The translations under genes and the position numbers were made by a program. Shown piece after piece: positions 46,293 through 56,256 of a DNA stretch of 64,000 bases. This DNA is from an uncultured Actinomycetes bacterium (lineage in GTDB: Bacteria; Actinomycetota; UBA4738; HRBIN12). Position 1 is the stretch's first letter. Every line of letters begins with the position of its first letter. Location of the stretch: the NCBI GenBank assembly GCA_963695975.1, contig CAVOIB010000009.1, forward strand, positions 26,797 through 90,796. The letters are read 5' to 3'. The notes under the pieces were generated by a model. That model searched no databases. It saw nothing but the letters and a program-made list of their open reading frames with translations, and had not been told where the DNA came from.

Positions 46293-47017
46293 GCCAGGGA
46301 GCGTTCGCGCTGATGGGATCGGGTGAGTTCGAGCCCTGGCATCAGGACGTGGACGGCTGGCTGCTCGAGCACACCGACGGGAACGGGTCCGTGCTGATCG
46401 TGCCGACCGCATCGGCCCGGGAGGGCGACGAGGTGTTCGAGGGATGGGGAACGAAGGGCCTGGCGCACTACGAGCGACTCGGCATCCCCGCCCGCATCGT
46501 GCCTATCCGCGAGCACGAGGACGCCGAGGATCCGGAGTTCGTCGAAGAGGTCTCCAAGGCCTCCATTGTCTTCTTCTCGGGAGGGAACCCTTGGTATCTC
46601 GCGGAGACCCTGCGGGATACGGCCTTCTTCCGAGCGATGGATGAGCGTTTGGGCAGCGGGCTCGCCTACGCGGGGTGCAGCGCCGGCGTCGCCTGCCTGA
46701 GCGAGCTCACGTATGACTCGGACGCCCAGGGCTTCGAGAACGTGTTCAAACCGGGACTCGGTACCGTGCGGGGGACACTCTTCGGCCCGCACTGGGACAT
46801 GCTGAACACGTGGATCCCCGGTGCCACAGAGATGATCATCTCGTCGGTGCCGGACGGCGGCCGGTTGGTGGCCATCGACGAAGAGACGGCGATGTTCGGC
46901 GATGGTGAGTCGTGGACGGTCGCCGGACGATCTGGGGTGCACATCCTCGAAGAGGGCGCTTGGGCAGATCATGTCGCGGGCGCCAGCTTCGCGCTCGACC
47001 TGTTCGGCGAACGTTAG
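46289..47017 (+). CDS. Peptidase S51 (dipeptidase E/cyanophycinase-like) family protein
   Basis: GTGA coupling; FSGGNP...GCSAG nucleophile motif. Confidence 0.7.
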   Translation: MSQGAFALMGSGEFEPWHQDVDGWLLEHTDGNGSVLIVPTASAREGDEVFEGWGTKGLAHYERLGIPARIVPIREHEDAEDPEFVEEVSKASIVFFSGGNPWYLAETLRDTAFFRAMDERLGSGLAYAGCSAGVACLSELTYDSDAQGFENVFKPGLGTVRGTLFGPHWDMLNTWIPGATEMIISSVPDGGRLVAIDEETAMFGDGESWTVAGRSGVHILEEGAWADHVAGASFALDLFGER

Positions 47018-47036
47018 GCGGCGACGGAGCTGATCG

Positions 47037-47702
47037 ATGATGGTGACGGGTTCGGTTCTCACGCGTGACAGCTCGATCCAGCTGCGCGCGCCCGAGATCG
47101 TGAAGCGTCTTTCGAAGACCTATCCCGACGCGCACGTCGCGCTCAATTTCACGAACGCTCTCGAGTGCCTGGTCGCGACGATCCTGTCGGCGCAGTGCAC
47201 CGATGAACGAGTGAACAAGGTCACGGTCGATCTGTTCCGGAAGTACCGCTCGCCCGAGGCCTACCTGAAGGTCCCGGAGGCCGAGCTCGCTGCCGACATC
47301 AAGCCGACGGGGTTCTTCAACCAGAAGACCAAGTCGATCCGGGGGGCGTGCACGCGCATCGTCGAGGTCTACGGTGGCAGGGTGCCGGACACGATGGAGG
47401 ACCTCATCACGCTCCCGGGTGTCGCGCGCAAGACCGCGAACATCGTCCTCGGCAACGCCTACGGGATCGTGGAGGGGATCGCCGTCGACACGCACGTCCG
47501 ACGGCTCTCCGAACGCCTAGGCTTCAGCTCGGAGAAGGACCCGGACAAGATCGAGCAGGACCTGATGCGGCTGATCCCGCGGAAGCGGTGGTTCGACTTC
47601 ACCTACGCGTTGATCGACCACGGGCGGGCCGTCTGCGTCGCGCGCACGCCGCGGTGCGGCGAATGCCCGGTGAGCGACATCTGCCCTTCCAGCGTCGTCT
47701 GA
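47037..47702 (+). CDS. nth: Endonuclease III
   Basis: HhH-GPD motif and C-terminal 4Fe-4S cluster CxxxxxxCxxCxxxxxC. Confidence 0.9.
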   Translation: MMVTGSVLTRDSSIQLRAPEIVKRLSKTYPDAHVALNFTNALECLVATILSAQCTDERVNKVTVDLFRKYRSPEAYLKVPEAELAADIKPTGFFNQKTKSIRGACTRIVEVYGGRVPDTMEDLITLPGVARKTANIVLGNAYGIVEGIAVDTHVRRLSERLGFSSEKDPDKIEQDLMRLIPRKRWFDFTYALIDHGRAVCVARTPRCGECPVSDICPSSVV

Positions 47703-47707
47703 AGCGG

Positions 47708-48004
47708 CTAGCCGCCGACCGCGGTGAGCGTACGCTTCCGCCGGCGCTGCCGACGGATCTCTCTGCGCTCGTCCTCGTCGAGGCCGCCCCACACGCCCGC
47801 GTCCTGGGCCGTCACGAGCGACCACTCCAGGCACTCTGGTCGAACGGGGCACCCGTCGCAGACTGCCTTGGCGTTCGCCGTCTGTACCATCACCAGGCGC
47901 GGCGCGCCCATCGGGAAGAACAGTTCCGGGTCCTCACCGACGCAGCGTGCGCGCTCCACCCACGACAGGTGGGCGGGATCGTGCCTGAACCTTCGTTCAA
48001 TCAT
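47708..48004 (-). CDS. WhiB-family (Wbl) transcriptional regulator
   Basis: Four conserved Cys (C..C..CxxC...C) plus GVWGG turn and a basic C-terminus. Confidence 0.85.
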   Translation of the reverse strand: MIERRFRHDPAHLSWVERARCVGEDPELFFPMGAPRLVMVQTANAKAVCDGCPVRPECLEWSLVTAQDAGVWGGLDEDERREIRRQRRRKRTLTAVGG

Positions 48005-48058
48005 GCGACACCGAGGGTCGATCAGGGGCCCAGGGGGCCAGGAGTGGGAGCGAGCGTA

Positions 48059-48844
48059 GTGGCTGAACGATCATTCAGTCAAGGGGCCGAACGCCTCGTG
48101 GTAGCCCATCGCGGGGCCTCCGCCGCCGAGGCGGAGAACACGCTGGAGGCCTTCGAGCTCGCGATCGCCGCGGGGGCCGACGTGATCGAGTTCGACGTGC
48201 GGATGACGGCCGACGAAGTCGCGATCGTGATGCACGATCCACACGTGGATCGCACGACGGACGGCGCCGGCCTCGTGCGCGACCTTCGCCTGGCCGAGCT
48301 GAAAGGTTTGCGGATCCGCACCCGAGATGGGGGCACGACCGAGATCCCCACGCTCGAGGAGGCGCTCCGGTGCTTGTCGGGACGGGCAGCGGCCGACGTC
48401 GAGATCAAGAACATCCCGGGTGAGCCGGACTTCGACGGCACGCGCGAGCCGGCGGTGGACGCGACCATCCGCGCCGTCGACGCGATGGGTTTCGTCGGTC
48501 CGGTCCTCCTCTCGAGCTTCAACCCGCTGTCGATCGCGCATGCTCGATCGATGGCTCCCGGCGTCGCCACCGGGTTGTTGACCATCCCGGATGTCGGCGC
48601 GAGCGCCGCATTCGCGTTCGCGCGTGAGCATGGACACGACTGGGTGCTGCCGTTCGTGGACGACGTTCGGTCGGCTGGGGCGCCGCTCGTCGGCGAGATC
48701 CACGAGGCGGCGATGCGGATCGGCACCTGGATCACCGACGACCCTGACACGGCCGTCGAGCTGATGCGGATGCGCGTCGATGCCGTCGCGACGAACGATC
48801 CGGTGACGATCGTCGCGGCGCGCCGCGCTGCGTTCGGGCATTGA
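48059..48844 (+). CDS. Glycerophosphodiester phosphodiesterase (GDPD) family protein
   Basis: HRG...E...D catalytic motif (VVAHRGASA, EFDVRMTAD); GTG start inferred. Confidence 0.75.
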   Translation: MAERSFSQGAERLVVAHRGASAAEAENTLEAFELAIAAGADVIEFDVRMTADEVAIVMHDPHVDRTTDGAGLVRDLRLAELKGLRIRTRDGGTTEIPTLEEALRCLSGRAAADVEIKNIPGEPDFDGTREPAVDATIRAVDAMGFVGPVLLSSFNPLSIAHARSMAPGVATGLLTIPDVGASAAFAFAREHGHDWVLPFVDDVRSAGAPLVGEIHEAAMRIGTWITDDPDTAVELMRMRVDAVATNDPVTIVAARRAAFGH

Positions 48845-49245
48845 TGGTCCGGCGCAAGCGCCTGCCCGCGGAGCTCGAGGGGTCGTTGGCGGCGTTCCGC
48901 GCCGTCCTCCTCGAGCTCGAACCTGCCAAGGCCGCACTCACGGAGGTCATGCCAACCACCCGCCTCCCGGGGCGACCGCTCCCGGATGCCCTGTCCGAGT
49001 TCGAAGGCGGGCTCGAGCGTGCGCGGCCGTTGATGCCGGCGTGGCGGGCGCCTCAGGTGGAGGCTGAATGGTCGGCCTGCGCCGCCGGTCTGGACGAGGC
49101 GGGCGCTCGAGCCAGGAGCTTCCGCGAGGAGGCCCCCGACCTGGGAGGGTTCGAGGGGTTGATCTGGGCCGTCGAGCAGCTGCTGGCCCCGCTCGACGCG
49201 TTCGCGTCGGCCGATGAGCGTTTCCGAGAGCTCGGGTCGCGCTGA
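48841..49245 (+). CDS. Hypothetical helical protein
   Basis: ATGA-coupled to the GDPD gene; 134 aa. Confidence 0.45.
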   Translation: MMVRRKRLPAELEGSLAAFRAVLLELEPAKAALTEVMPTTRLPGRPLPDALSEFEGGLERARPLMPAWRAPQVEAEWSACAAGLDEAGARARSFREEAPDLGGFEGLIWAVEQLLAPLDAFASADERFRELGSR

Positions 49246-49356
49246 CCGTTCGGTCGGCTGCCGCGGCGACCATGCCGCGATAGCCTTCCCCCGGCCGGCG
49301 CCCGACCCCCAATCGGCCGGCACGACCGACGAGCGCGACCCATGAGGAGGAACGAT

Positions 49357-50676
49357 GTGCCGGCGATCCGGATGAGGACAGAGCTCCCCGGCCCGAAGTC
49401 GAAGGCGATCATCGCCCGCAAGGAGCAGGTGGTCTGCGACCCGGTGGACCTGCACGTGAACGCCATCATCGAAAGCGGAATGGGCGCCGTGGTCACCGAC
49501 GTCGACGGCAACACGATGATCGATCTGTCGAGCGGCCTCGGCTGCCTCCTCGTCGGGCATTCGCACCCCAAGGTGGTCGAGGCGGTGCAGCGCCAGGCAG
49601 CGCGCTTCTCGCATACCGACTTCTCGGTCCTGCCGTACGAGATCTACGTCGAGCTCGCAGAGCGACTGGTCGGACTCGTCGGGGGCGACCGCAAAGTGGC
49701 CCTGTTCAACTCGGGGGCTGAGGCGGTGGAGAACGCCGTCAAGTTCGCCAAGGCGGCGACCGGTCGTCACGCGATCGTGTGCTTCGAGGGCGCGTTCCAC
49801 GGGCGGACGTTGCTCACGATGACGCTTACCAGCCGACACACGCCGTACAAGGAGGGGTTCGGGCCGTTCGCGCCCGAGGTCTACCGCGTCCCGTTCAGCT
49901 ATCCGTACCGGAGTACCGAGGCCGACGGCTCGGGCCGGCTCGCGCTCGACGAGCTCCGGCACGCGTTCGCCACGTTGGTGGACCCACGCTCGGTGGCCGC
50001 CGTGCTCTTCGAGCCCGTGCAGGGAGAGGGCGGTTACATCGTGCCGGGGCCCGCGTTCCTGCCGGGAGTGCAAGAGCTCTGTCGCGAGCACGGCATGTTG
50101 ACGATCGCCGACGAGATCCAGTCGGGTTGCGGCCGGACCGGCCGGTTCTTGGCGAGCGAGCACTTCGACCTGGATCCCGACATCGTCATCCTGGCGAAGG
50201 CGCTCGGCAGCGGATATCCGCTCTCGGCCGTCGTCGGTCGGACGGAGATCATGGACGCTCCCGGCCCTTCGGCGATCGGGGGCACGTACGTCGGGAACCC
50301 GGTCGCCTGCGCCGCCGCGGTCGCGGTCCTCGACGTGATCGAAAGGGAGGGACTGATCGAACACGCCGAGGTCGTCGGCAAGTCGATCCGCGCGCGGTGG
50401 GAGGCCCTGTCGGACGACGTCGCGCAGATCGGCGACGTCCGTGGCCTCGGTTCGATGGTCGGAGTCGAGATGGTGACCGATCGTGAGTCGAAGGAGCCGG
50501 ACGCGGCGTTCGTCGGGCGGTTGATGTCCGAGGCTCAGAAGCGCGGTCTGATCACGGTCTCTTGTGGCGCGTATCACAACGTGCTCAGGCACCTGCCACC
50601 GCTCGTGATCACGGACGAGCAGCTCGCCGAGGCGCTGGACGTCCTCGCGGACGCGGCGCTCGCCGCGCGGAAGTAG
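49357..50676 (+). CDS. Class III PLP-dependent aminotransferase (GabT/ArgD-like)
   Basis: GTG start 6 nt after SD AGGAGG; PLP-lysine region and GxGxxG-like motifs. Confidence 0.85.
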   Translation: MPAIRMRTELPGPKSKAIIARKEQVVCDPVDLHVNAIIESGMGAVVTDVDGNTMIDLSSGLGCLLVGHSHPKVVEAVQRQAARFSHTDFSVLPYEIYVELAERLVGLVGGDRKVALFNSGAEAVENAVKFAKAATGRHAIVCFEGAFHGRTLLTMTLTSRHTPYKEGFGPFAPEVYRVPFSYPYRSTEADGSGRLALDELRHAFATLVDPRSVAAVLFEPVQGEGGYIVPGPAFLPGVQELCREHGMLTIADEIQSGCGRTGRFLASEHFDLDPDIVILAKALGSGYPLSAVVGRTEIMDAPGPSAIGGTYVGNPVACAAAVAVLDVIEREGLIEHAEVVGKSIRARWEALSDDVAQIGDVRGLGSMVGVEMVTDRESKEPDAAFVGRLMSEAQKRGLITVSCGAYHNVLRHLPPLVITDEQLAEALDVLADAALAARK

Positions 50677-50678
50677 CC

Positions 50679-51362
50679 GTGGACGAGCTCCCCGTCGGCG
50701 AACCGGTCGACGTGAGGCCCGCGGGCCGTCCTCGGAGGTCGCCGCTCGACGGGAGGTTCGTCTCGCTGGTCCCGGTGGATCCGTCCGTGCACGCCCACGG
50801 TCTCTACGCCAACGCGCACGACGGGAGCGACGAGGCCCAACGCATGTGGACGTACATGGGATACGGTCCTTGGGAAGACGAGGCGAGCATGCGCGAGTGG
50901 CTCGACTCGCTGCTGGCCTCCGACGACCCCTTGTTCCTGACGGTGATCGACCGCGAGACAACCGACCCGGTCGGCATCGTGACGTTCATGAATGTCGATC
51001 TAGCGATGAAGCACCTGGAGCTCGGGAACATCTGGTTCACGCCGCGGGCTCAGCGGACGCGCGCCAACACGGAGTCTGTCTATCTCCTACTCGGCGAGGC
51101 GTTCGACGAGCTCGGGCACCGACGGGTCGAATGGAAGTGCGACGCCTTGAACGCGCGTTCGCGCTCCGCCGCCGAACGGCTCGGCTTCACATTCGAGGGT
51201 GTGTTCCGCCAGCACATGATCATCAAGGGCCGGAACCGGGACACGGCCTGGTACGCGATGCTCGATCACGAGTGGCCGGCGGTGAAGGCCAACATGGAGC
51301 GATGGCTCGCGGCCGATCCGCCGCCCTCGCTACGCGCGCTGAACGTCGCGCTCCGAACGTGA
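50679..51362 (+). CDS. GNAT-family N-acetyltransferase (RimJ/RimL-like)
   Basis: Acetyl-CoA-binding motif region; starts 3 nt after the upstream stop. Confidence 0.7.
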   Translation: MDELPVGEPVDVRPAGRPRRSPLDGRFVSLVPVDPSVHAHGLYANAHDGSDEAQRMWTYMGYGPWEDEASMREWLDSLLASDDPLFLTVIDRETTDPVGIVTFMNVDLAMKHLELGNIWFTPRAQRTRANTESVYLLLGEAFDELGHRRVEWKCDALNARSRSAAERLGFTFEGVFRQHMIIKGRNRDTAWYAMLDHEWPAVKANMERWLAADPPPSLRALNVALRT

Positions 51363-53005
51363 CCACGCTTGCCAGCCTGGTCGGCGTCGAGAAGACGTAT
51401 GGGTCCTGGACGGTCTTCCAGGGTCTGGACTTCGAGGTCACGGACCGCGCGCGTATCGGCGTGGTCGGTCCGAACGGCGCCGGGAAGTCCACGCTGCTCA
51501 AGATCCTGGCCGAGCTTGAGGCGCCGACCTCGGGCGAGGTCGTCCGACGCAGGGGTCTGGTCGTCGCCTACCTCGATCAGAACCCCGACGGCGACGAGCG
51601 CACCGCGATCGCGACCGTGCTCTCCGCACGACCCGACGTCGCCCTCCTCGACGTAGAGCTTCGGGCAGTGGAGTCAGAGCTCGCGAAGCCGGCGGTGATC
51701 GGCGATCTTCGGCGGATGGATCGCGTCCTCGAACGACAGCAAGGACTCCTCGACCGATGGGTCGAGATCGGCGGGCCGGGTCTGGAGGGTCAGGTTCGCG
51801 CGCAGCTGCTCGCTCTCGGCCTGCCCGAGGAGGACCTGGTACTCCCGACCGCCCGGCTCTCGGGCGGACAGCGGAAGCTCGTCGCGCTCGCCGCCTGCCT
51901 GATCCGCCAGCCCGATCTGCTGCTGCTGGACGAACCCGAAACGCACCTAGATGCAGACCGCCGCGAACAGCTCGAGGACACGATCGGAGCGTTCCCCGGA
52001 GGAGTCATCGCCGTGTCGCACGACCGATACCTCCTCGATGACACGGTAGATCTGATCGGCGAGCTCGCCGACGGGAGGATCACGCTCTGGCCGGGCAACT
52101 ACTCCGCGTACGCGGTCGCGAAGGAGATCGCGCTTCAGCGGCAGCAGCAGCTCTACGTGACCCAGCAGAAGGAGATCGCACGCCTGGAGGCGGCGATCGC
52201 CCGCTTCAAGCTGTGGGCGAGCATCGTGGTGAACGAGCACCACATCATCCAAGCGCGGAACAAGCAACGCATGATCGATCGGATGGACCAGATCGAGCGG
52301 CCGGTGTTCGAGCGACGGAAGATCGCGCTCGAGATGCGCGCCGCTCAGCGTGGCGGGCAGAAGATCGTCGAGCTCCGCAACGTGACGATGGCGTTCGAGG
52401 ACGATCCCGTGTTGCTCGACGTGGACCTGACGATCACGCGAGGCGAGCGGGTCGGGGTGATCGGCGCGAACGGCTCCGGCAAGAGCGTGTTGGGGAGGAT
52501 CCTTGCAGGCAGGATGGAGCCGACGGTCGGCGAGCGCTGGGCGGGGCCGTCGGTCGTGTTCGGCTACCTGGAACAGGGACATGAGACGGAGCCGCCGCAT
52601 CTTACGCCGATCGAGTTCGTCCGCAACGTGAAGCCGATGTACGAGGAGGACGCGGTCTCGCTCCTCGGGCGGTTCCTGTTCCGGTACGACCAGATGCGGC
52701 AGCCGGTCGGGACGCTGTCCGGTGGTGAGCGCACGCGGCTGCAGCTCTGCTTGCTGATGCTTGGCGGCGCGAACTGCCTGCTCCTCGACGAGCCGACGAA
52801 CCACCTCGACATCGAGAGCATGGAGGTACTTGAATCGACGCTCGAGTCCTTCGACGGGACCGTGATCGTCATCTCCCACGATCGCTACCTGCTGGACCGG
52901 ATCCCTGACCGGATCCTTGAGTTGGGCGACGGTCACGTGCAGTCGTCGGTCGGCGGGTTCGACGATTGGGCGGCGGCGCGGCGCGGAGGGGGATCGAAGT
53001 CGTGA
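51359..53005 (+). CDS. ABC-F family ATPase (two ABC domains, no TMD; Uup/EttA-like)
   Basis: Two Walker A ([18 protein letters not shown]) and two LSGG signatures with an inter-domain linker. Confidence 0.85.
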   Translation: MTTLASLVGVEKTYGSWTVFQGLDFEVTDRARIGVVGPNGAGKSTLLKILAELEAPTSGEVVRRRGLVVAYLDQNPDGDERTAIATVLSARPDVALLDVELRAVESELAKPAVIGDLRRMDRVLERQQGLLDRWVEIGGPGLEGQVRAQLLALGLPEEDLVLPTARLSGGQRKLVALAACLIRQPDLLLLDEPETHLDADRREQLEDTIGAFPGGVIAVSHDRYLLDDTVDLIGELADGRITLWPGNYSAYAVAKEIALQRQQQLYVTQQKEIARLEAAIARFKLWASIVVNEHHIIQARNKQRMIDRMDQIERPVFERRKIALEMRAAQRGGQKIVELRNVTMAFEDDPVLLDVDLTITRGERVGVIGANGSGKSVLGRILAGRMEPTVGERWAGPSVVFGYLEQGHETEPPHLTPIEFVRNVKPMYEEDAVSLLGRFLFRYDQMRQPVGTLSGGERTRLQLCLLMLGGANCLLLDEPTNHLDIESMEVLESTLESFDGTVIVISHDRYLLDRIPDRILELGDGHVQSSVGGFDDWAAARRGGGSKS

Positions 53006-53688
53006 CCGACGTCGCGCTCGGTCGCATCGAGCGTGATGTCGTGATATGCCGCGCCTGCCCGCGATTGGTCGACTGGCGGGAGGAGGTGGCGCGCGAGAAG
53101 GTCGCGCGCTTCGCTGATGAGGAATACTGGGGGAGACCTGTCCCGGGCTTCGGGGATCCTGACGCGCGCGTCTTGATCCTGGGGCTCGCGCCCGCGGCAC
53201 ACGGCGGGAACAGAACCGGCCGGATCTTCACGGGTGACCGATCCGGGGACTTCCTCTTTGCGTCGCTCCACCGTACGGGCTTGGCGAACCAGGCGACGTC
53301 AGTCGCTCGGGACGACGGCCTGCTCCTCGCCGGCGCCTACGTGAGCGCCGTCAACCGATGCGCGCCGCCGGCCAATAAGCCACTGCCGGAGGAGCGCGAC
53401 CGATGCCTGCCGTTCCTGGAACGCGAGATCACCGCTCTGGCTGACCTCCGCGTGATCGTCGCGCTGGGGGCCTACGCGTGGGACGGCGCGTTCCGAGCGC
53501 TCGGTGCGCTCGGACATCTGGTCCGGCCGAAGCCGAGGTTCGGTCACGGCGCGAAGTCGGCGGTGGGGCCATATGCGCTCCTGGGTTGCTTCCACCCCAG
53601 CCAGCAGAACACGTTCACCGGCAAGCTCACTCCCGCCATGCTCGATGACGTCATGCGCCGCGCGCTGGCGGCGGGTCGCGCGCCGTGA
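53002..53688 (+). CDS. Uracil-DNA glycosylase, family 4/5 type
   Basis: [19 protein letters not shown] motif; GTGA coupling. Confidence 0.8.
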   Translation: MTDVALGRIERDVVICRACPRLVDWREEVAREKVARFADEEYWGRPVPGFGDPDARVLILGLAPAAHGGNRTGRIFTGDRSGDFLFASLHRTGLANQATSVARDDGLLLAGAYVSAVNRCAPPANKPLPEERDRCLPFLEREITALADLRVIVALGAYAWDGAFRALGALGHLVRPKPRFGHGAKSAVGPYALLGCFHPSQQNTFTGKLTPAMLDDVMRRALAAGRAP

Positions 53689-53734
53689 AGTAGACGGCCC
53701 AGACGTATCGGCGGTCACTCGTATCCTTGGCCGT

Positions 53735-55699
53735 ATGGGTCGTCATGGGCGGATGTGGGCGGCGCCGATCGCCGAAGGGGACAAACGTCCCATCTCGCGG
53801 ACCACGATCCGCCGTGTCGTCGCGACCTTCCGCCCGTACCGACGGCGAGTGACCGTGGTCGCCGTCGCCATCATCGTGACATCCGCCCTGGGGATCGTGA
53901 ACCCACTCCTGATCAAGCGGGTCTTCGACACCGGCCTGAACTGCACGACGACGGCATGCCACCCCGACCTCCCGGTCCTCTACCGGCTGGTCGCGCTGAT
54001 GATCGCGATCCCGATCATCACGGGCGCGATCGGCGTCGGCCAGACGTACCTGTCGAACCTCGTCGGCCTGAAGGTGATGCAGGACCTGCGCAACGCCCTC
54101 TACAAGCACCTGCAGTTCATGCCCCTCCGATTCTTCACGACCACGAGAACGGGCGAGATCCAATCGCGCCTGGCGAACGATGTCGGAGGCGTTCAATCGG
54201 TCGTCACCAGCACGGCGGCATCGCTGCTCGCAAACATCGTGATCATCATCAGCACGCTGATCGCGATGCTCCTGCTGTCGTGGCAGCTCACGCTGATGTC
54301 TCTCTGCATCACGCCGGTCTTCATCTGGCTGACCGTCAAGGTGGGAAGGGCACGGCGTGAGGTCGCAACGAGCACGCAGAAGACCCTCGCGGATCTCACG
54401 GCGATCACCGAGGAGACGTTGAGCGTCAGCGGCATCCTCCTGTCCAAGTCGTTCGGCCGTCAGCGACACGAGATCGACCGCTACCGCGAGGAGAACCAGC
54501 GACTCACCGGCTTCACGATCCGCCAGACGATGATCGGTCAGTCGTTCTTCGCGATCGTCGGCACCTTCTTCTCGATCATGCCGGCGCTCACGTACCTCGT
54601 GGTCGGCTGGGTGACCTCGAACGATCCCGCGGCGATGACAGCGGGGACGATCGTCGCGTTCACCACGCTGCAGTCAAGGATCTTCTTCCCGATCGGATCC
54701 ATGCTGCAGGTCTCCAACGACGTACAGACGTCGTTCGCGCTGTTCGACCGCATCTTCGAGTACCTCGACATGCCGCAAGACATCATGGACGCGCCCGATG
54801 CGGTCGTGATCGACCCGGAACAGGTGCGAGGGCACGTGCGGCTCCGCGACGTGCGCTTCCACTACGACACCCCGCCCCCGGACCAGATACCGGTGTCGCC
54901 CCCGGACGAGGGCGCAGCGCTTCAGGACGACCAGGAAGGACCGCGTCCTTGGACGCTCAACGGCGTGGATCTGGAGATCCTCCCCGGGCAGCTGGCCGCG
55001 CTCGTCGGTCCGAGCGGCGCCGGCAAGACGACGATCACCTACCTCGTTCCACGCCTCTACGATGTGCAGGAAGGCGCCGTCGAGATCGACGGCATCGACG
55101 TCCGCAAGATCGCGCTCGAGTCGCTCGGTGACATGGTCGGCGTCGTGACGCAAGAGACGTACCTGTTCCACACGACCATCCGCCGCAACCTGCTCTATGG
55201 GAAGCCCGACGCGTCGCAGGAAGAGCTGGAGGAGGCGGCTCGTTCCGCCAACATCCACGACCGGATCGCCGAGCTCGCCCAGGGCTACGACACGATCGTC
55301 GGGGAGCGAGGGTACAAGCTCTCCGGGGGTGAGAAGCAGCGCCTCGCGATCGCGCGCGTGATCCTGAAGGACCCGCGCATCCTGATCCTGGACGAGGCCA
55401 CGTCGTCGCTGGACACAACGTCCGAGCGGCTGGTCCAGGCCGCCCTCGAGCCGTTGATGGAGGGCCGGACCACGATCGCGATCGCGCATCGCCTCTCCAC
55501 CATCCTGAAGGCCGATGTGATCTTCGTGGTCGATCGGGGCCGGATCGTCGAGCGCGGTACCCACGACGAGCTGCTCGCGCTCGATGGCCTGTACGCGCAG
55601 TTGTACGAGCAGCAGTTCCGCGGTGGATTGATCCAGGCGGTGTTCGAGGATGGCGTGATCCTGGCCTCGGGCGAGATCGTCCGGACCGCGAGCAACTAG
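53735..55699 (+). CDS. ABC exporter, fused transmembrane/ATP-binding (MsbA-like)
   Basis: Six-TM domain plus NBD with GPSGAGKTT, LSGGEKQR and ILILDEATS. Confidence 0.9.
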   Translation: MGRHGRMWAAPIAEGDKRPISRTTIRRVVATFRPYRRRVTVVAVAIIVTSALGIVNPLLIKRVFDTGLNCTTTACHPDLPVLYRLVALMIAIPIITGAIGVGQTYLSNLVGLKVMQDLRNALYKHLQFMPLRFFTTTRTGEIQSRLANDVGGVQSVVTSTAASLLANIVIIISTLIAMLLLSWQLTLMSLCITPVFIWLTVKVGRARREVATSTQKTLADLTAITEETLSVSGILLSKSFGRQRHEIDRYREENQRLTGFTIRQTMIGQSFFAIVGTFFSIMPALTYLVVGWVTSNDPAAMTAGTIVAFTTLQSRIFFPIGSMLQVSNDVQTSFALFDRIFEYLDMPQDIMDAPDAVVIDPEQVRGHVRLRDVRFHYDTPPPDQIPVSPPDEGAALQDDQEGPRPWTLNGVDLEILPGQLAALVGPSGAGKTTITYLVPRLYDVQEGAVEIDGIDVRKIALESLGDMVGVVTQETYLFHTTIRRNLLYGKPDASQEELEEAARSANIHDRIAELAQGYDTIVGERGYKLSGGEKQRLAIARVILKDPRILILDEATSSLDTTSERLVQAALEPLMEGRTTIAIAHRLSTILKADVIFVVDRGRIVERGTHDELLALDGLYAQLYEQQFRGGLIQAVFEDGVILASGEIVRTASN

Positions 55700-55719
55700 T
55701 CTATTTCAGACTAGTTGCT
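55691..55719. terminator. Bidirectional terminator: perfect 12-bp stem AGCAACTAGTCT-ATTTC-AGACTAGTTGCT overlapping both convergent stop codons
   Basis: Perfect inverted repeat; TAG stop of the exporter and stop of the minus-strand GNAT gene both lie inside the stem-loop. Confidence 0.65.
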
Positions 55720-56203
55720 TCTCGTACGACAGGAGCACGAACCCGTCGGGGAACACCCTGTCGTCCCCGCGTTCGTATCCCAGCGACTCGTACATGCGCT
55801 GGGCCGCCTGCATCCGCTGCGTCGTGTGTAGGCTGACGGTCGTGCGTCCGGCATCGCGTGCCCGCGACTCGCAAGCGGACATCAAGAGCCGTCCTACCCC
55901 CCGGCCTCGGGTATCCGGGTGAACGCCGAGCATCCGGATGTGTGCCTCGTGCGGCGCGAGCGGGTCGTCGTCTGCCTCGGTCCGGCCTTCGAGCTCTAGG
56001 GTCGCGGAGCCCACGATCTCACCGTCTTCAACCGCGACGAGGATCGTCGTTCGCGCCGCGCGGCCCTCTACATCCTCGATGCGCGCCAGGTAGTCGACCC
56101 AGTCGGCGCTGCCTTCGCGGGCGAACTCGCGGTACGCCTCCGCGGTGACCGAACCGGCGGCGCCGTACTCGTCGGGACCGGCTTCACGGATCTCGATCGT
56201 CAC
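55706..56203 (-). CDS. GNAT-family acetyltransferase
   Basis: RGRGVGRLLM acetyl-CoA-binding motif. Confidence 0.8.
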   Translation of the reverse strand: MTIEIREAGPDEYGAAGSVTAEAYREFAREGSADWVDYLARIEDVEGRAARTTILVAVEDGEIVGSATLELEGRTEADDDPLAPHEAHIRMLGVHPDTRGRGVGRLLMSACESRARDAGRTTVSLHTTQRMQAAQRMYESLGYERGDDRVFPDGFVLLSYEKQLV

Positions 56204-56225
56204 GGGCGGCAGGCTAGCCGATGGG

Positions 56226-56248
56226 GATGGTCAGCCAGATTGACCATC
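56226..56248. promoter_or_regulatory. Inverted repeat GATGGTCA-n7-TGACCATC; putative MarR operator in the divergent GNAT/MarR intergenic region
   Basis: Perfect 8-bp arms between divergent starts; typical MarR autoregulatory arrangement. Confidence 0.5.
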
Positions 56249-56256
56249 GCGGGCCG

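Noticed and set aside
48079-50961. 960-aa minus-strand ORF
   Set aside because: It is antisense to four motif-supported plus-strand genes (GDPD, hypothetical, aminotransferase, GNAT) and has a shadow-frame composition
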